Of a DNA stretch of 64,000 bases, positions 25,331 to 37,062 are shown in pieces (the stretch's first letter is position 1; each line of letters opens with the position of its first letter). Position numbers and translations under genes: made by a program. The notes below the pieces were generated by a model. The model was not told the DNA's origin. It searched no databases and saw only the letters and a program-made list of their open reading frames with translations. This DNA is from Octopus vulgaris (lineage: Eukaryota): contig OX597817.1 of the NCBI GenBank assembly GCA_951406725.2, forward strand, positions 69,068,001-69,132,000. The letters run 5' to 3'.

Positions 25331-26669
25331 TGGATTATGGTTACCATTGTTTTTATGTTAAGTCCCTCAACAATTATCAAGGCTTTGACAAAGAAAATAA
25401 GTGCTTGCTTTCATATTGGATTAAACCCAAATAAAAAAAAATACCACTGTACACACACACACATAGATGATGAGGTTCTTTCAATTTTCATCTACGAAAT
25501 TTACTAAAGTCTTTGGTCAGCAGAGTGCTATAGTAGAAAACACTCACTCAAAGTGTCACACAGTAGGACAGAACCTGAAACTATGTGGTTGAGAACTGAA
25601 CTACTTTACCACACAACCATGCTTGTGCCTTCTTGGATTGATGAAATGAATTGTAGTACTAGGCTTGATATAATCAAATGCACCCGAAGTGTGCAGCTTA
25701 GTATTCATAGTGGAAATTATCACACTACAGCATAGTAATTTTGTAGCGAGGTATAAAATCTCGTATTCATCAGAAGAAAAAGGAAGTTGTATTATTTATG
25801 CCTTTCATAAAAAGAGAAGACCATTATTAATGTAAGTGAAACGCAGTCTAAAATGGGAACTGAAAACGAATAAATGATTCAATTAATAAAAATAGATAAT
25901 TAACAATAATTATCAATTAGATGCAAAGCCTTAAGCATTCCTCTCATAATGATAACCACAGCAACAGTACAGACACCATTTAGTTCTCATTAGTTAATTT
26001 CATTAGGAAGTTGCAAAATAAACGAAATACTTTTGTTAAGTGAGAACATAACTATTCTTAGGAGAGTTGGCTGTTGATCATGCTATCAATAATCACACTC
26101 TATTATTGATTGACTGAAGACAAGCAAGTTCTAAAATGCTATTTTAACTTTTAAATAACTATCACCGTTATCATTACCATCATCCGCATCATTATCATTA
26201 ACATAATTATAAACTATTAACAGTGCTATTTTCATTAACATTATATCAGGTTATTAGGGTCATAGTGTAACAGTTTCATATTGGCTAACTAAGTCCATCA
26301 TTTGGTTTCTATTCATAATTGCAATTTCTTTAATTATATCTCTAACGGCATTCTGGAAAAGTGCTAATTCATCACACCTTGGCACACCATCTGTCACCAA
26401 AGATTTCTTTTCTTTTAGAGGAACAAAGCAAACAAAACGAATACCACAATTATATAAAGCGTATTCAATATATAATTGATCATAGCTGACCCCTGAAGTT
26501 ATGTCATATGGTGGTTTGTGTCATAAGTGAATGTAATAAAGAACTGTAGTGATATCACATGGAGATTTATGATATAGCTGATTGTAAATAAGCACTCCGA
26601 TAACATCATAACATCATAACAAAGTAGTGTAGAAATATCACATGGTGATTTACGACATAAGAATTTTAA

Positions 26670-26902
26670 CTCTTTAACATTTAAATCAGCCATATCAGAC
26701 CTGTTTATATCAGGCTATATTCTATCTGTTTTATGTTCAAATCATCCAGATGTGGCCTCTCACACATATTCTAAAGTGTCATTCTAAAAATAAACAATCA
26801 CATCATTGAAATCCCAAAGCTATGAGATAATGCATAATTAATTCAAAACAATGTGAATAAATTATTCATTACATTTGACAGAGTTATCTGTATGCTAAAG
26901 GG
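26670..26902. mobile_element. piggyBac-type MITE, family 1
   Basis: TTAA|CTCTTTAACAT ... ATGCTAAAGGG|TTAA. Confidence 0.85.
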
Positions 26903-27241
26903 TTAAGTAACCACTTTAGCAATGTCCCATGATGGGTTAATGTCAATGCTTCTCATAGTGCACAGTATTGCCCCCTAAGTGATAGGGGAAATTTTTATAT
27001 AGGTACTGAAGACAAAGAGGGTGTCTTTTAAATACCCTAATTTTCAAAAATATTTTCAATCTTTATCATGTGTGTATGAATCATTTAGTGAAATTAGTGG
27101 TTGAAATAAATCAGTCAGCTAACAGAACCATGAGTACATTGGAAGAAACACTTAGTAGTATTTCTTCTGGCTCTTTGCATTCTGAGTTCAAATTCCACCA
27201 AGGTCTACTTTGTTTTCCATCCTATTGAAGTCAATAAAGTA

Positions 27242-28016
27242 CTGCTGTGGCCAAAAGTTTGGAACATTTTTGTGACATACTAACTTCTATTTATTAAAGG
27301 TAAGCAATTTGGCCTAGAACTATATTTTTGATTTTACCTATTTTTTTCTTCTAGTGATTGAACTATTGGACCAATTATTGAAATTTAGAATGTTTATATT
27401 AAATGTCCAAAGTTATATTTAATTTGTAATTTATTCTTACTTGGCCAAAAGGTTGGAACATAGGTCTGAAAACTTTTTCTTCTAGATATTGACCCATGGG
27501 ATCAGTAATTAGGTAAGTATATTTCTACAATGCCTACATTTAAATTGAATTGTAGTTGGGGATACTCTTTTACTTGTTTCAGTCATTTGACTGTGGCCAT
27601 GCTGGAGCACCGCCTTTAGTCGAGCAAATTGACCCCAGGACTTATTCTTTGTAAGCCTAGTACTTATTCTATCGGTCTCTTTGCCGAACTGCTAAGTTAC
27701 GGGGACATATTCACACCAGCATCAGTTGTCAAGCAATGTTGGGGGGACAAACACAGACTCACAAACATATACACACACACACACACATATATATATACAT
27801 ATATATGAGAAGCTTCCTTCAGTTTCCATCTACCAAATCCACTTAGGCTTTGGTTGGCCCAAGGCTGTAGTAGAAGACATTTGCCCAAGGTGCCACGCAG
27901 TGGGACTGAACCCGGAACCATGTGGTTGGTAAGCAAGCCACTTACCACACAGCCACTCCTGTGCCTATAACAATTTTAATTTTTTTAAAAATGTTCCAAA
28001 CTCTTGGCCATGACTA
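27242..28016. mobile_element. Tc1-like internally deleted element containing a SINE A
   Basis: TA|CTGCTGTGGCCAAAAGTTTGGAACATTTT ... AAAATGTTCCAAACTCTTGGCCATGACTA; inner direct repeat TGGCCAAAAGGTTGGAACAT at ~27442. Confidence 0.8.
27563..27965 (-). mobile_element. Full-length SINE A
   Basis: Near-consensus copy. Confidence 0.92.
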
Positions 28017-28269
28017 AGTTTCAGTTGAACACTGGGACTGATATAATCAACTTGAAACTTGCTAGCCTTGTGTCAAAATTTGAAACTTGTATTAATGCTT
28101 GAAATTTTGTTTTGACATTATTGTTCACTTTTCTGTCTTGTTTTGTTTTATTCTTTGTACTGTGTGTGAACTTTCAGTTTTCAGTTGTGTCTTTCTCTAC
28201 TTCACTTGATGTCCCCTCTTTTACTCATTTCCAACAAGTTTTTGCATATCTGAGCCCTGGATGCAATGA

Positions 28270-28425
28270 ATCATCATCATCATCCTCATCATCGTTTAAC
28301 GTCCACTTTCCATGCTGGCATGGGTTGGACGATTTGACTTGGGACTGGTGAGCCAGATGGCTGCACCAGGCAAATGGCTGCACCTGGCAAATGGCTGCGC
28401 CAGGCAAAGATGGCTGCACCAGGCT
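28270..28425 (-). mobile_element. 5'-truncated family D tail with four tandem ~17-bp ATGGCTGCACCAGGCAA units
   Basis: ATCATCATC...TTTAACGTCCACTTTCCATGCTGGCATGGGTTGGACGATTTGAC followed by the repeated unit. Confidence 0.85.
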
Positions 28426-28430
28426 ATTTT

Positions 28431-28537
28431 AAAAATATGGAATGCTTCACAAATTTGTGCATCATCCTTGCACAGGGGGCCATGCTAATCTTCTCTGTAT
28501 CATTCCAATTTTAGAATATGTACCGCCGTAGCAGTAC
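28431..28537 (-). pseudogene. RNU6: Full-length U6 snRNA retrocopy
   Basis: Minus strand GTACTGCTACGGCGGTACATATTCTAAAATTGGAATGATACAGAGAAGATTAGCATGGCCCCCTGTGCAAGGATGATGCACAAATTTGTGAAGCATTCCATATTTTT; ACAGAGA box and AGC triad intact, several CpG-decay substitutions, no TATA box near -30. Confidence 0.95.
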
Positions 28538-28611
28538 AATGACCTTCATAAACTGTAATGTTGTCTCATGGTAGTTTATGTCATAAATGGTTGCATGTGA
28601 TGATGATGATG

Positions 28612-28910
28612 ATCATCATCATCATCATCATCACCATCTTTTAACATCTATTTTCCATACTGGCATAGGTTGGATGATTTGACAAACCAGAAGACAGCAC
28701 TGGGCTTCACTGTCTACTTTGGCATGATTTTTATGGCTATATGCCCTTCCTAATACCAACCACCTTACAGAGTGGACTAAGTGCTTTTCACATAGCACCA
28801 GCACTGGCAAGTTCTGTTTTAGCAAGGTTTTTACAGCTGGATGCTCTTCCTAGTGCCAGCCACTTTTCAAAGTGACTTGGGTGCTTTTCATGAGGTACAA
28901 GTACCTGGCA
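28612..28910 (-). mobile_element. Family D retroposon
   Basis: (ATC)n tail; GCCCTTCCTAATACCAACCAC motif occurs twice (second degenerate). Confidence 0.75.
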
Positions 28911-28949
28911 CATATTAATTCACTCTGGGCCTCAGGAAAGCGCTCTTCT

Positions 28950-29095
28950 TTAGCCCTAGGTTAGTCTGACCAAGCAGGACTGTGATAAAGGGCATCTGAT
29001 AAAAGGCACATTATCTAATGTGCCTTTTTTTCATTTGAAGGGAGTTTAACTGCTATTTCTAGCAGATTCAATAATCATGTAGAGGCTTATCTGTA
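28950..29095 (-). mobile_element. Family E retroposon
   Basis: TTTAGCCCTAGGTTAGTCTGACC...ACTGCTATTTCTAGCAG...CATGTAGAGGCTT. Confidence 0.65.
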
Positions 29096-29867
29096 GATAC
29101 TGGTGATAGATACAGTTATAGGTGGAAATATAGACATGTTCAGAGAAGTAGTCATTTCATTATTGCATTTATATTTTTAGTCACAGTGTATCCAATGTGT
29201 CCCTTCTTTTTTTTCATAAGACGGTGAATTATTTTAAATGACATTTTTGAGCAAGTGAAATGACTACAAAGAGAGAGATAGACAAATTGACAGACAGAAA
29301 CTCTTTTGACTCCTACCATAGAATGCAATGGGAGTTGATTTTATGTGATACACCATACAAAATGCCATGGTAGACTGATTCTGAAATATTTGTGGCTCTA
29401 TATCCCTTCCAATCCCAGAAAGTTCCTGAGTTAACTAGATAATAAAAATGCCATGGGAGATGATTACAGGGAATCACAAAAGAGTAACTTATAGATCAAG
29501 CACTTCAATAGAAATATCTTCATGTAGGCAATAATGATCTCTGTAGAATGGTTACACAAACTGAAATCAATTAACACCTGCTGACACACAAAAGGTAGAA
29601 ATATTTTGTGGCAGGGTGGAGGTTGTGGAGTACCCCTACATTAGGCTGAGGTCCTGACTGGTGTTGCTGTTGTTGTTCTTGATTAGCCCCACTGAACCCT
29701 ATTCAAATAAGTTAAATAAACCAGGTGAATCTACTTGATGGTTCAGTCATTACCATGCTGTTTTTTATTTTTTTTTTATTTTGGATTTTTCTGAGATATT
29801 GCGTTTCTAAGAGTGGTAACTGTTAATCTTCCTCAACAGAAAAGAAAAAAAAAACTTGCTCAAGAAA

Positions 29868-30545
29868 GGTGCAAGCATGGCTGTATGGTTAAGAAGCTTA
29901 CTTTGCAACCACATGGTCTTCTAGAGCTGGCAGAATTGCTAGAATCGTTAGCATGCTGGGAAAAATGCTTAGTGGTTTCATTGGTCTTTATGTTCTGAGT
30001 TCAAATTCCACCAGAGTTGATTTTATCTTTCAGCCTTTCAGGGTTGATAAATTAAGTACCAGTGAAACACTGGGGTTGATGTAATTGACTAGTTCCCTTT
30101 CTTAAAATTTCAGGCTATCTGCTTTTACTAGAAAGGATTATAGCCCTGGGCTAGCCAAAGCTTTGTAAGTGAATTTGGCAAGTGGAAACCGTGTATTAAG
30201 GAGTTTACTTCCCAGCCTGGGTTCAGTTACACTGCATGGCGCCTTGAACAAGTGTCTTTGACAATGGCCTCAGGCTGACCAAAGCCTTCTGAGTGGATTT
30301 GGTAGACAGAAACTGAAAGAAGCTCATCATATATATGTGTGTGTGTGTGTCTTTGTGTCTGTGTTTGTTCCCCATCACTGCTTGATAATGGTGTTGGTGT
30401 GTTTATGCCCCCATAACCTAGTGGTTCAGCAAAAGCGATTGGTAGAATAAGTGCCAGATTTTAAAGAAATAGTGCTGGGGTTGATTTGTTTCAACTAAAT
30501 TCCTTCATGGCCTCAGTCTCATGACAAACAAGTAAAAGATGTAAA
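29868..30545 (+). mobile_element. Cluster of SINE A pieces with a nested SINE B (~29922-30140)
   Basis: SINE A head interrupted by GAGCTGGCAGAA...GGGTTGATAAATTAAGTACCAG; second SINE A at ~30195-30545. Confidence 0.8.
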
Positions 30546-30623
30546 AGATATATATAAACACATAAACACATAGATACATACATACACACACATATATGTA
30601 TGTATACACATATGTATGTATGT

Positions 30624-30660
<37 letters not shown>

Positions 30661-30690
<30 letters not shown>

Positions 30691-30772
30691 TGTATGTATG
30701 TATGTATGTATGTATGTATGTATGTATGTATGTATGTATGTATGTATGTATGTATGTATGTATGTATGTATG
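30661..30772. repeat. (TATG)n microsatellite
   Basis: Direct reading. Confidence 0.95.
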
Positions 30773-31718
30773 TGTTTACCACCCCCCACCTCTGCTTGAT
30801 AACCAGTTCAGCAAAACTGACTCGTAGGATAAATACCAGACTTAAAAGTAATAATAAATACTGGGGTCAATTTGTTCAACAAAAACCCTTCAATGTGGTG
30901 TCCCATTGTGGCTGCAGTCCAATGACTGAAACAAGCAAAAGCTAAATGAAGTATGTACATACATGCTCAGACGCATAGTCAACATTGACCAACAGAAATC
31001 CCATGTAATAAATGCGTTTAACAAATAGGTAATTCAGCTGGTTGAATAACTTAATGTCTATCATCAAAACCATTGAAGACCCATTATGCATCTGAGAGTA
31101 CATTAAGCAGAGTCCTACACTTTGTCTTTTTTGATTGTTTTCTTTTTTGAAGCTGAAATTTGGTGGTGTATGATAAACCAAGGTGATAACTGTCATGAAA
31201 TAACAAGTAGACATTGATAAAATGCAATATCTTCACTAGAATTAATTTTCATGGATATATGTGACATAACTGAATAGAGACCAGCATCGTAGGAGGATAA
31301 GTATTGCCATAACAAAGTGATTTTACATCAAAATATCATGGAGTTTATTTTATTCATTTATTCCATATCACAGTTCATGAACAACATTATTGTTGGCTAA
31401 AGTTTTCTCCAATAGGTAAATAGCTCATTCTCTGCATTTCTGATGGTGAGTGTTTGTAATTCATCACAGAACAAATATCACAAAGGACTTCAATTGAAAG
31501 CACCCCACCCCCACAACAGACATGTGCATGTGAGCACACATGCACACACATACACACACACCATGGCCTTCTTTCAGTTTCCATTTACCAAGTAAGGAAT
31601 CATTTTCCTCATGGCCAGATATGTTTGGTTGTTGCATCCCAATGCACACCCACACATGGCCGCCCAACTGCTGAAACCATTAACCAATTGGGTTTTGAGG
31701 TGCTGGAACACCCTGTCG

Positions 31719-32832
31719 ACAGCCTTCCTATATCCCTTCCTATCCTAGAGAGTTCCTGAGTTAACTAGATAATAAAAATTTCATGGAAGATGATTACAGA
31801 GAATCACAAAAGAGTAACTTACAGATCAAGCACAGGATCCAACAAACCACAGGAATACACTGCTCTGGTGAGATCTCTACAGCTGGATGCCCTTCCTAAT
31901 GACAACCCCTTTACAGAATGGTTGCTTTTTTTTTACCTTGTGACACTAGCACTAGTAAGGTCACTATATCTGATGAATAGACAGGATGGTTATTGCTGAA
32001 ATATCATTGATCATAGGCCTGTTGAGTCAAGACTGACCTGGGGCTAAACAACAACATCAAAGAAAGGTGTATTAGATAATGCAGTCTTATTTCTCTCACC
32101 TTAACATGTACTCACTGGCTGTAAGCAATGACTTCACTCAAGAGTAACATTTGCTTGCAGTCCACTGAAAAAGAGTGCCCAAACTCCCTAACATGCCTTG
32201 ATATGCTATGTGGGTTTAATTTGCTTCAAGATTTTTTTTTTAATATAAATATATCCAGCTTGTTTGTTTTGCAAGTATAGAAGAATAGACATTAATGATG
32301 ATGATAATGCACATACCTGTAGCAAGCTAATTAAAAGTGTATTCAAATAGAGGGTGATTGTAACAAAAATTTAATAAAAAATACAAATTTGGGAAGGAGA
32401 ATTTTAAGGACTAACTTTATATTCATTATATTGACAAGTAAGGGAGACAACTTCACTGAACTTGATAGTGATGAAGAAGTCACTAATGGTGTTTTTATAA
32501 GAAATAAACCTCATTGTCCATTTTTGCTTTTCATCATTCCAGGCCTGGTCAATAGAATATCTATTCTTCTCTTGGTCCATCCTTGTGTATATCAGCTATG
32601 TTGTACTGTAATAAATGTCACAAGAAACCCATGGAGAGCATCCCATTCCCCAGAAATTGGGAAGAGTTGAGCAAAAAGCTTGTAATTATTTCTCATGGAG
32701 ATTCTGTTATTTCATCCACAGGAACTGTCCATAAACAGACCAGAGTACAGAACAGTATAGAACATAAATTAAGAAACTAAATAAAGATAGATATATAAAA
32801 AGTTCAGTGTGTTTAATAAATATCATCACATC

Positions 32833-32864
<32 letters not shown>

Positions 32865-32967
32865 CTGTGTTGGTCTCCCATCACTGCTTTACAATCCTAT
32901 GAATCTGGGTTTACTTCTCAACTTGGGTTCAGTTTTACTGCATGGCACCTTTGATTCCACTAAACAG

Positions 32968-33004
<37 letters not shown>

Positions 33005-34234
33005 TTCCTTAAGAATCTGTGTTCCATACTAGTATGGGAATTGATTTTATGTGATACATCATACAAAATGTCATGGTAGACTGATTCTAAAATATTTGTG
33101 GCTCTACAGCCCTTCCTATATCCCTTCCTATCCTAGAGAGTTCCTGAGTTAACTAGATAATAAAAATTTCATGGAAGATGATTACAGGGAATCACAAAAG
33201 AGTAACTTACAGATCAAGCACAGGATCCAACAAACCACAGGAATACACTGCTCTGGTGAGATCTCTACAGCTGGATGCCCTTCCTAATGACAACCCCTTT
33301 ACAGAATGGTTGCTTTTTTTTTTACCTTGTGACACTAGCACTAGTAAGGTCACTATATCTGATGAATAGACAGGATGGTTATTGCTGAAATATCATTGAT
33401 CATAGGCCTGTTGAGTCAAGACTGACCTGGGGCTAAACAACAACATCAAAGAAAGGTGTATTAGATAATGCAGTCTTATTTCTCTCACCTTAACATGTAC
33501 TCACTGGCTGTAAGCAATGACTTCACTCAAGAGTAACATTTGCTTGCAGTCCACTGAAAAAGAGTGCCCAAACTCCCTAACATGCCTTGATATGCTATGT
33601 GGGTTTAATTTGCTTCAAGATTTTTTTTTTAATATAAATATATCCAGCTTGTTTGTTTTGCAAGTATAGAAGAATAGACATTAATGATGATGATAATGCA
33701 CATACCTGTAGCAAGCTAATTAAAAGTGTATTCAAATAGAGGGTGATTGTAACAAAAATTTAATAAAAAATACAAATTTGGGAAGGAGAATTTTAAGGAC
33801 TAACTTTATATTCATTATATTGACAAGTAAGGGAGACAACTTCACTGAACTTGATAGTGATGAAGTCACTAATGGTGTTTTTATAAGAAATAAACCTCAT
33901 TGTCCATTTTTGCTTTTCATCATTCCAGGCCTGGTCAATAGAATATCTGTCACATTTTGGCTCAATTCTTCTCTTGGTCCATCCTTGTGTATATCAGCTA
34001 TGTTGTACTGTAATAAATGTCACAAGAAACCCATGGAGAGCATCCCATTCCCCAGAAATTGGGAAGAGTTGAGCAAAAAGCTTGTAATTATTTCTCATGG
34101 AGATTCTGTTATTTCATCCACAGGAACTGTCCATAAACAGACCAGAGTACAGAACAGTATAGAACATAAATTAAGAAACTAAATAAAGATAGATATATAA
34201 AAAGTTCAGTGTGTTTAATAAATATCATCACATC

Positions 34235-34272
<38 letters not shown>

Positions 34273-34273
34273 C
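31719..34273 (+). repeat. Near-identical tandem duplication (~31719-32862 and ~33106-34273; period ~1.39 kb)
   Basis: Base-for-base match apart from a few small indels (GAA; 16 bp near 33949); older partial third copy at ~29327-29502. Confidence 0.93.
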
Positions 34274-34393
34274 TTACGCACTGAGGTCGATATAATCGAC
34301 TTAATCCGTTTGTCTGTCCTTGTTTGTCCCCTTGGTGTGTAGCCCCTTATGTATGTATGCATGTCTATATATATATGTGTGAGTGTCTGTATG

Positions 34394-34429
<36 letters not shown>

Positions 34430-34553
34430 ATACATAAAAGTATCTTTCATACATGTTACTCATATTCAATTACATACATACACACACATGTATGTACATA
34501 TATATACATACATATCTGTGTGTAAACACATATATGTGTGTGTGTGTGTATGT

Positions 34554-34607
<54 letters not shown>

Positions 34608-35539
34608 TTACATGCACATACACACAAATACTCACAAATAGCCATCTGATTAAACAAGCAAAACACACATATATCACCATATATCTGTGCCATATATCTC
34701 AGTCATTTCTAACATTTAATTTGAAACCTATGAACACATAAATCTTTTTATCAATCATTTTCTCCAATGTTTTTCTACATAACTTCTTCCTTTCCTTTTT
34801 CTTTTTTTCATCTTCTTATTATTATTCTTCTCCCTCTTCCCCCCCACCCAGTTTCACTGAATATATTTCAAATATGATATCATAACTTTGGTTAAACACA
34901 GGAAAAATATGATTGAGCAATATAAAGATTTCTTTGACATTCTCTGAGGTCCTGCTAATTATGTAACTGGAGAAAACATGCTTTGTGCATTTCTTGTCTT
35001 GTCATTTCTCTTTAATTCGTCTTACTTTGATTTCTACTTCTTGCCCATCCAGCCTGGCACCACCTCTTTTAAATGTTTTCACTTCATTGCTGCCCATCCA
35101 ATTACTAAATCTAGCTATCACTAACATTACAACAACAAGCGTGCATCCATCCATACATACATACACATATAGATACCCCTGCTGCTTCTACACAGAACAA
35201 ATATCTATCAATATTACTATGGCTGGCAAAACTATGCATGTATTTAGGCTTATATAGTGACCACCACTGTCATCATCATTATCACCATACCAGTATGGCT
35301 GGAATGGGTTGACAGGGAACCAGTGAACTGCAGGCTGTGTCAAGCTCCAATGCTATTTTTGGCATGATTTCTTCTTGTGGGTGCCCTCCCTAATGCCAAG
35401 TACTTGACAGAGTGTTCTGCATGCCTTTTTTTCATGCTACCAGCACTAGTGTGGTTGTCATGTAACTTGCAAGACAAAAAAGAATAGAGAAGGAAAAGAA
35501 AAAAAGGGAGGAAAAAGCTTTTACTACAAAGAAGTGAAG

Positions 35540-35775
35540 GCACCTGGCTCAGTGGTTAGAGTGTTAGGCTCACAATCATGTGGTAGTGAGTTAGATTCCC
35601 AGACCAGGCTGTGTGTTGTGTTCTTGAGCATGACACTTTATTTCACATTATTCTAGTTCACTCAGCAGTAGAAATAAGTTGCAATGTCACTGATGCCAAG
35701 CTGTATTGGCTTTTGCTTTTCTCTTGGATAACACCAGAGACTGATATGCCTAGATAACTGCTGGTCTTCTATAAA
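35540..35775 (+). mobile_element. CORE-type tRNA SINE (family C)
   Basis: TGGCTCAGTGGTTAGAGTG head; TTCTTGAGCATGACACTTTATTTCAC. Confidence 0.8.
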
Positions 35776-36465
35776 CAGACTGATTGGCATAAAATCGTTC
35801 ACAAAGATACTCCAGCCTCTGGTCTACAGCTTTTTCTACATCTGCTAATATAATGGCCTTAGCTCCTTAGAAATGGTTGGTCTCATGTCACATTCTCTCA
35901 AGTACTTCCACCTCACTCATCTCTCCTCCTCTTATCACCCTTGTGGTGTCCATTTCCCACCCAGACCTTACACTAATGACTACACCCAGTCATTCCTTCC
36001 TTCTAGTATTCAATCTTGCTAATCCTCATATCTTTCCAGCCAGTGTTGACCAACAAAGGTTCAAAAGTGACCAGCATGGCATCAGTCTCACTGGACTAAG
36101 AAGGCCTGCAAAGGTTCCTGACACTGCCCATTCCTCCTCATAAGCACTGACCATTCCAGCTAAGTACTATCCAGCTCCATTTCAAAGGCACTTCCTGGTT
36201 CCATCATCTTTGAATGTGTCCAGAAAATGACCACTAGACTGATTGACATAAAACCATTCACAAAGACACTCCAGCCTCTGATCCACTACTTTTTCTACCT
36301 CTGCTACTATAATGGTCTTAGCTCCTTGGAGCTAGTTGGTCTCATGTCACCTTCACTCAAGCACTTCCATCCCACTCATTTCTCCTCCTCCTATCACCTT
36401 TGTGGTGTTCACCTTCCACCAGGCCCTACACTAAGGACTACACTCAGTCCTTCCTTTCCTGTTCT
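35775..36465 (+). mobile_element. Two tandem decayed CR1-like LINE 3' fragments
   Basis: TRLIDIKPFTKTLQPLIH..FYLCYYNGLSSLELVGLMS and HIFPASVDQQRFKS resemble CR1/Zenon-type ORF2 C-termini; ~35775-36005 is repeated at ~36235-36465. Confidence 0.7.
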
Positions 36466-36742
36466 CAGCAACAGTAAAGGTGTTGCCTCCAGGATCATTG
36501 GGTCTTCTTTTTAGACACAGTCTATCCTGGTCTATATTGTTAATTAGTCTGAAATAGTAAAGTGAATGTGTGTATGTGTGCATGTGTCTGTGTATCTGTG
36601 TGCATGTGACCTTAGAGTGATTTCACAGTTATTTCTAGCAGGTTGAGTTGCTATTTAGAAGCTTCCACACCAGCCTCATATGTGCAATGTTCATATTGAT
36701 TGATGCATGTAAAAAACATTAAAACCCATTACTGCTGCAGTA

Positions 36743-36768
36743 TAATCATCATCATCATTATCATCATT

Positions 36769-36822
<54 letters not shown>

Positions 36823-36888
36823 TATACCACCACTGCCAGCACAACAATCATCCTTGTCATTATCATCAGCAACAGCAACATCACCTTT

Positions 36889-36925
<37 letters not shown>

Positions 36926-37062
36926 CCCTCTTCATCATCATCCTCAACAGCATCATTGTCAACATCATCATCCTTACCATCATCCTCATTATCATCATTT
37001 CTGTCCTCCTCACCGTCACTATCATCATCATTGTTACAGTTCTTATCTTTACCATCATCTCT
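36743..37062. repeat. (ATC)n/(ACC)n degenerate trinucleotide tract
   Basis: Direct reading; source of the poly-I/poly-S/poly-M ORFs. Confidence 0.95.

Larger units (their letters stand above)
27110..28090 (+). mobile_element. Old SINE B (27110-27241 and 28017-28090) hosting a Tc1-like MITE
   Basis: CTGAGTTCAAATTCCACC...CATCC...TCAATAAAGTA breaks off and resumes as CAGTTGAACACTGGGACTGATATAATC. Confidence 0.7.

Noticed and set aside
28357-28425. Short regular repeats resembling a CRISPR array
   Set aside because: Units are contiguous with no spacers, come from a retroposon motif, and the DNA is eukaryotic
28431-28600. Functional U6 gene
   Set aside because: CpG-decay substitutions, an extra C in the internal stem-loop, no TATA near -30, and fusion to a retroposon tail
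29050-29066. GCTAGAAATAGCA (minus strand) matches part of the Cas9 sgRNA scaffold
   Set aside because: Only a 13-nt GAAA-tetraloop hairpin; flanking GTTTTAGA and AGTTAAAATAAGG are absent and it recurs as part of family E
33778-34182. 134-aa ORF in the duplicated segment
   Set aside because: TTG start, frameshifted in the other copy, no recognisable domain; minus-strand frames contain stops
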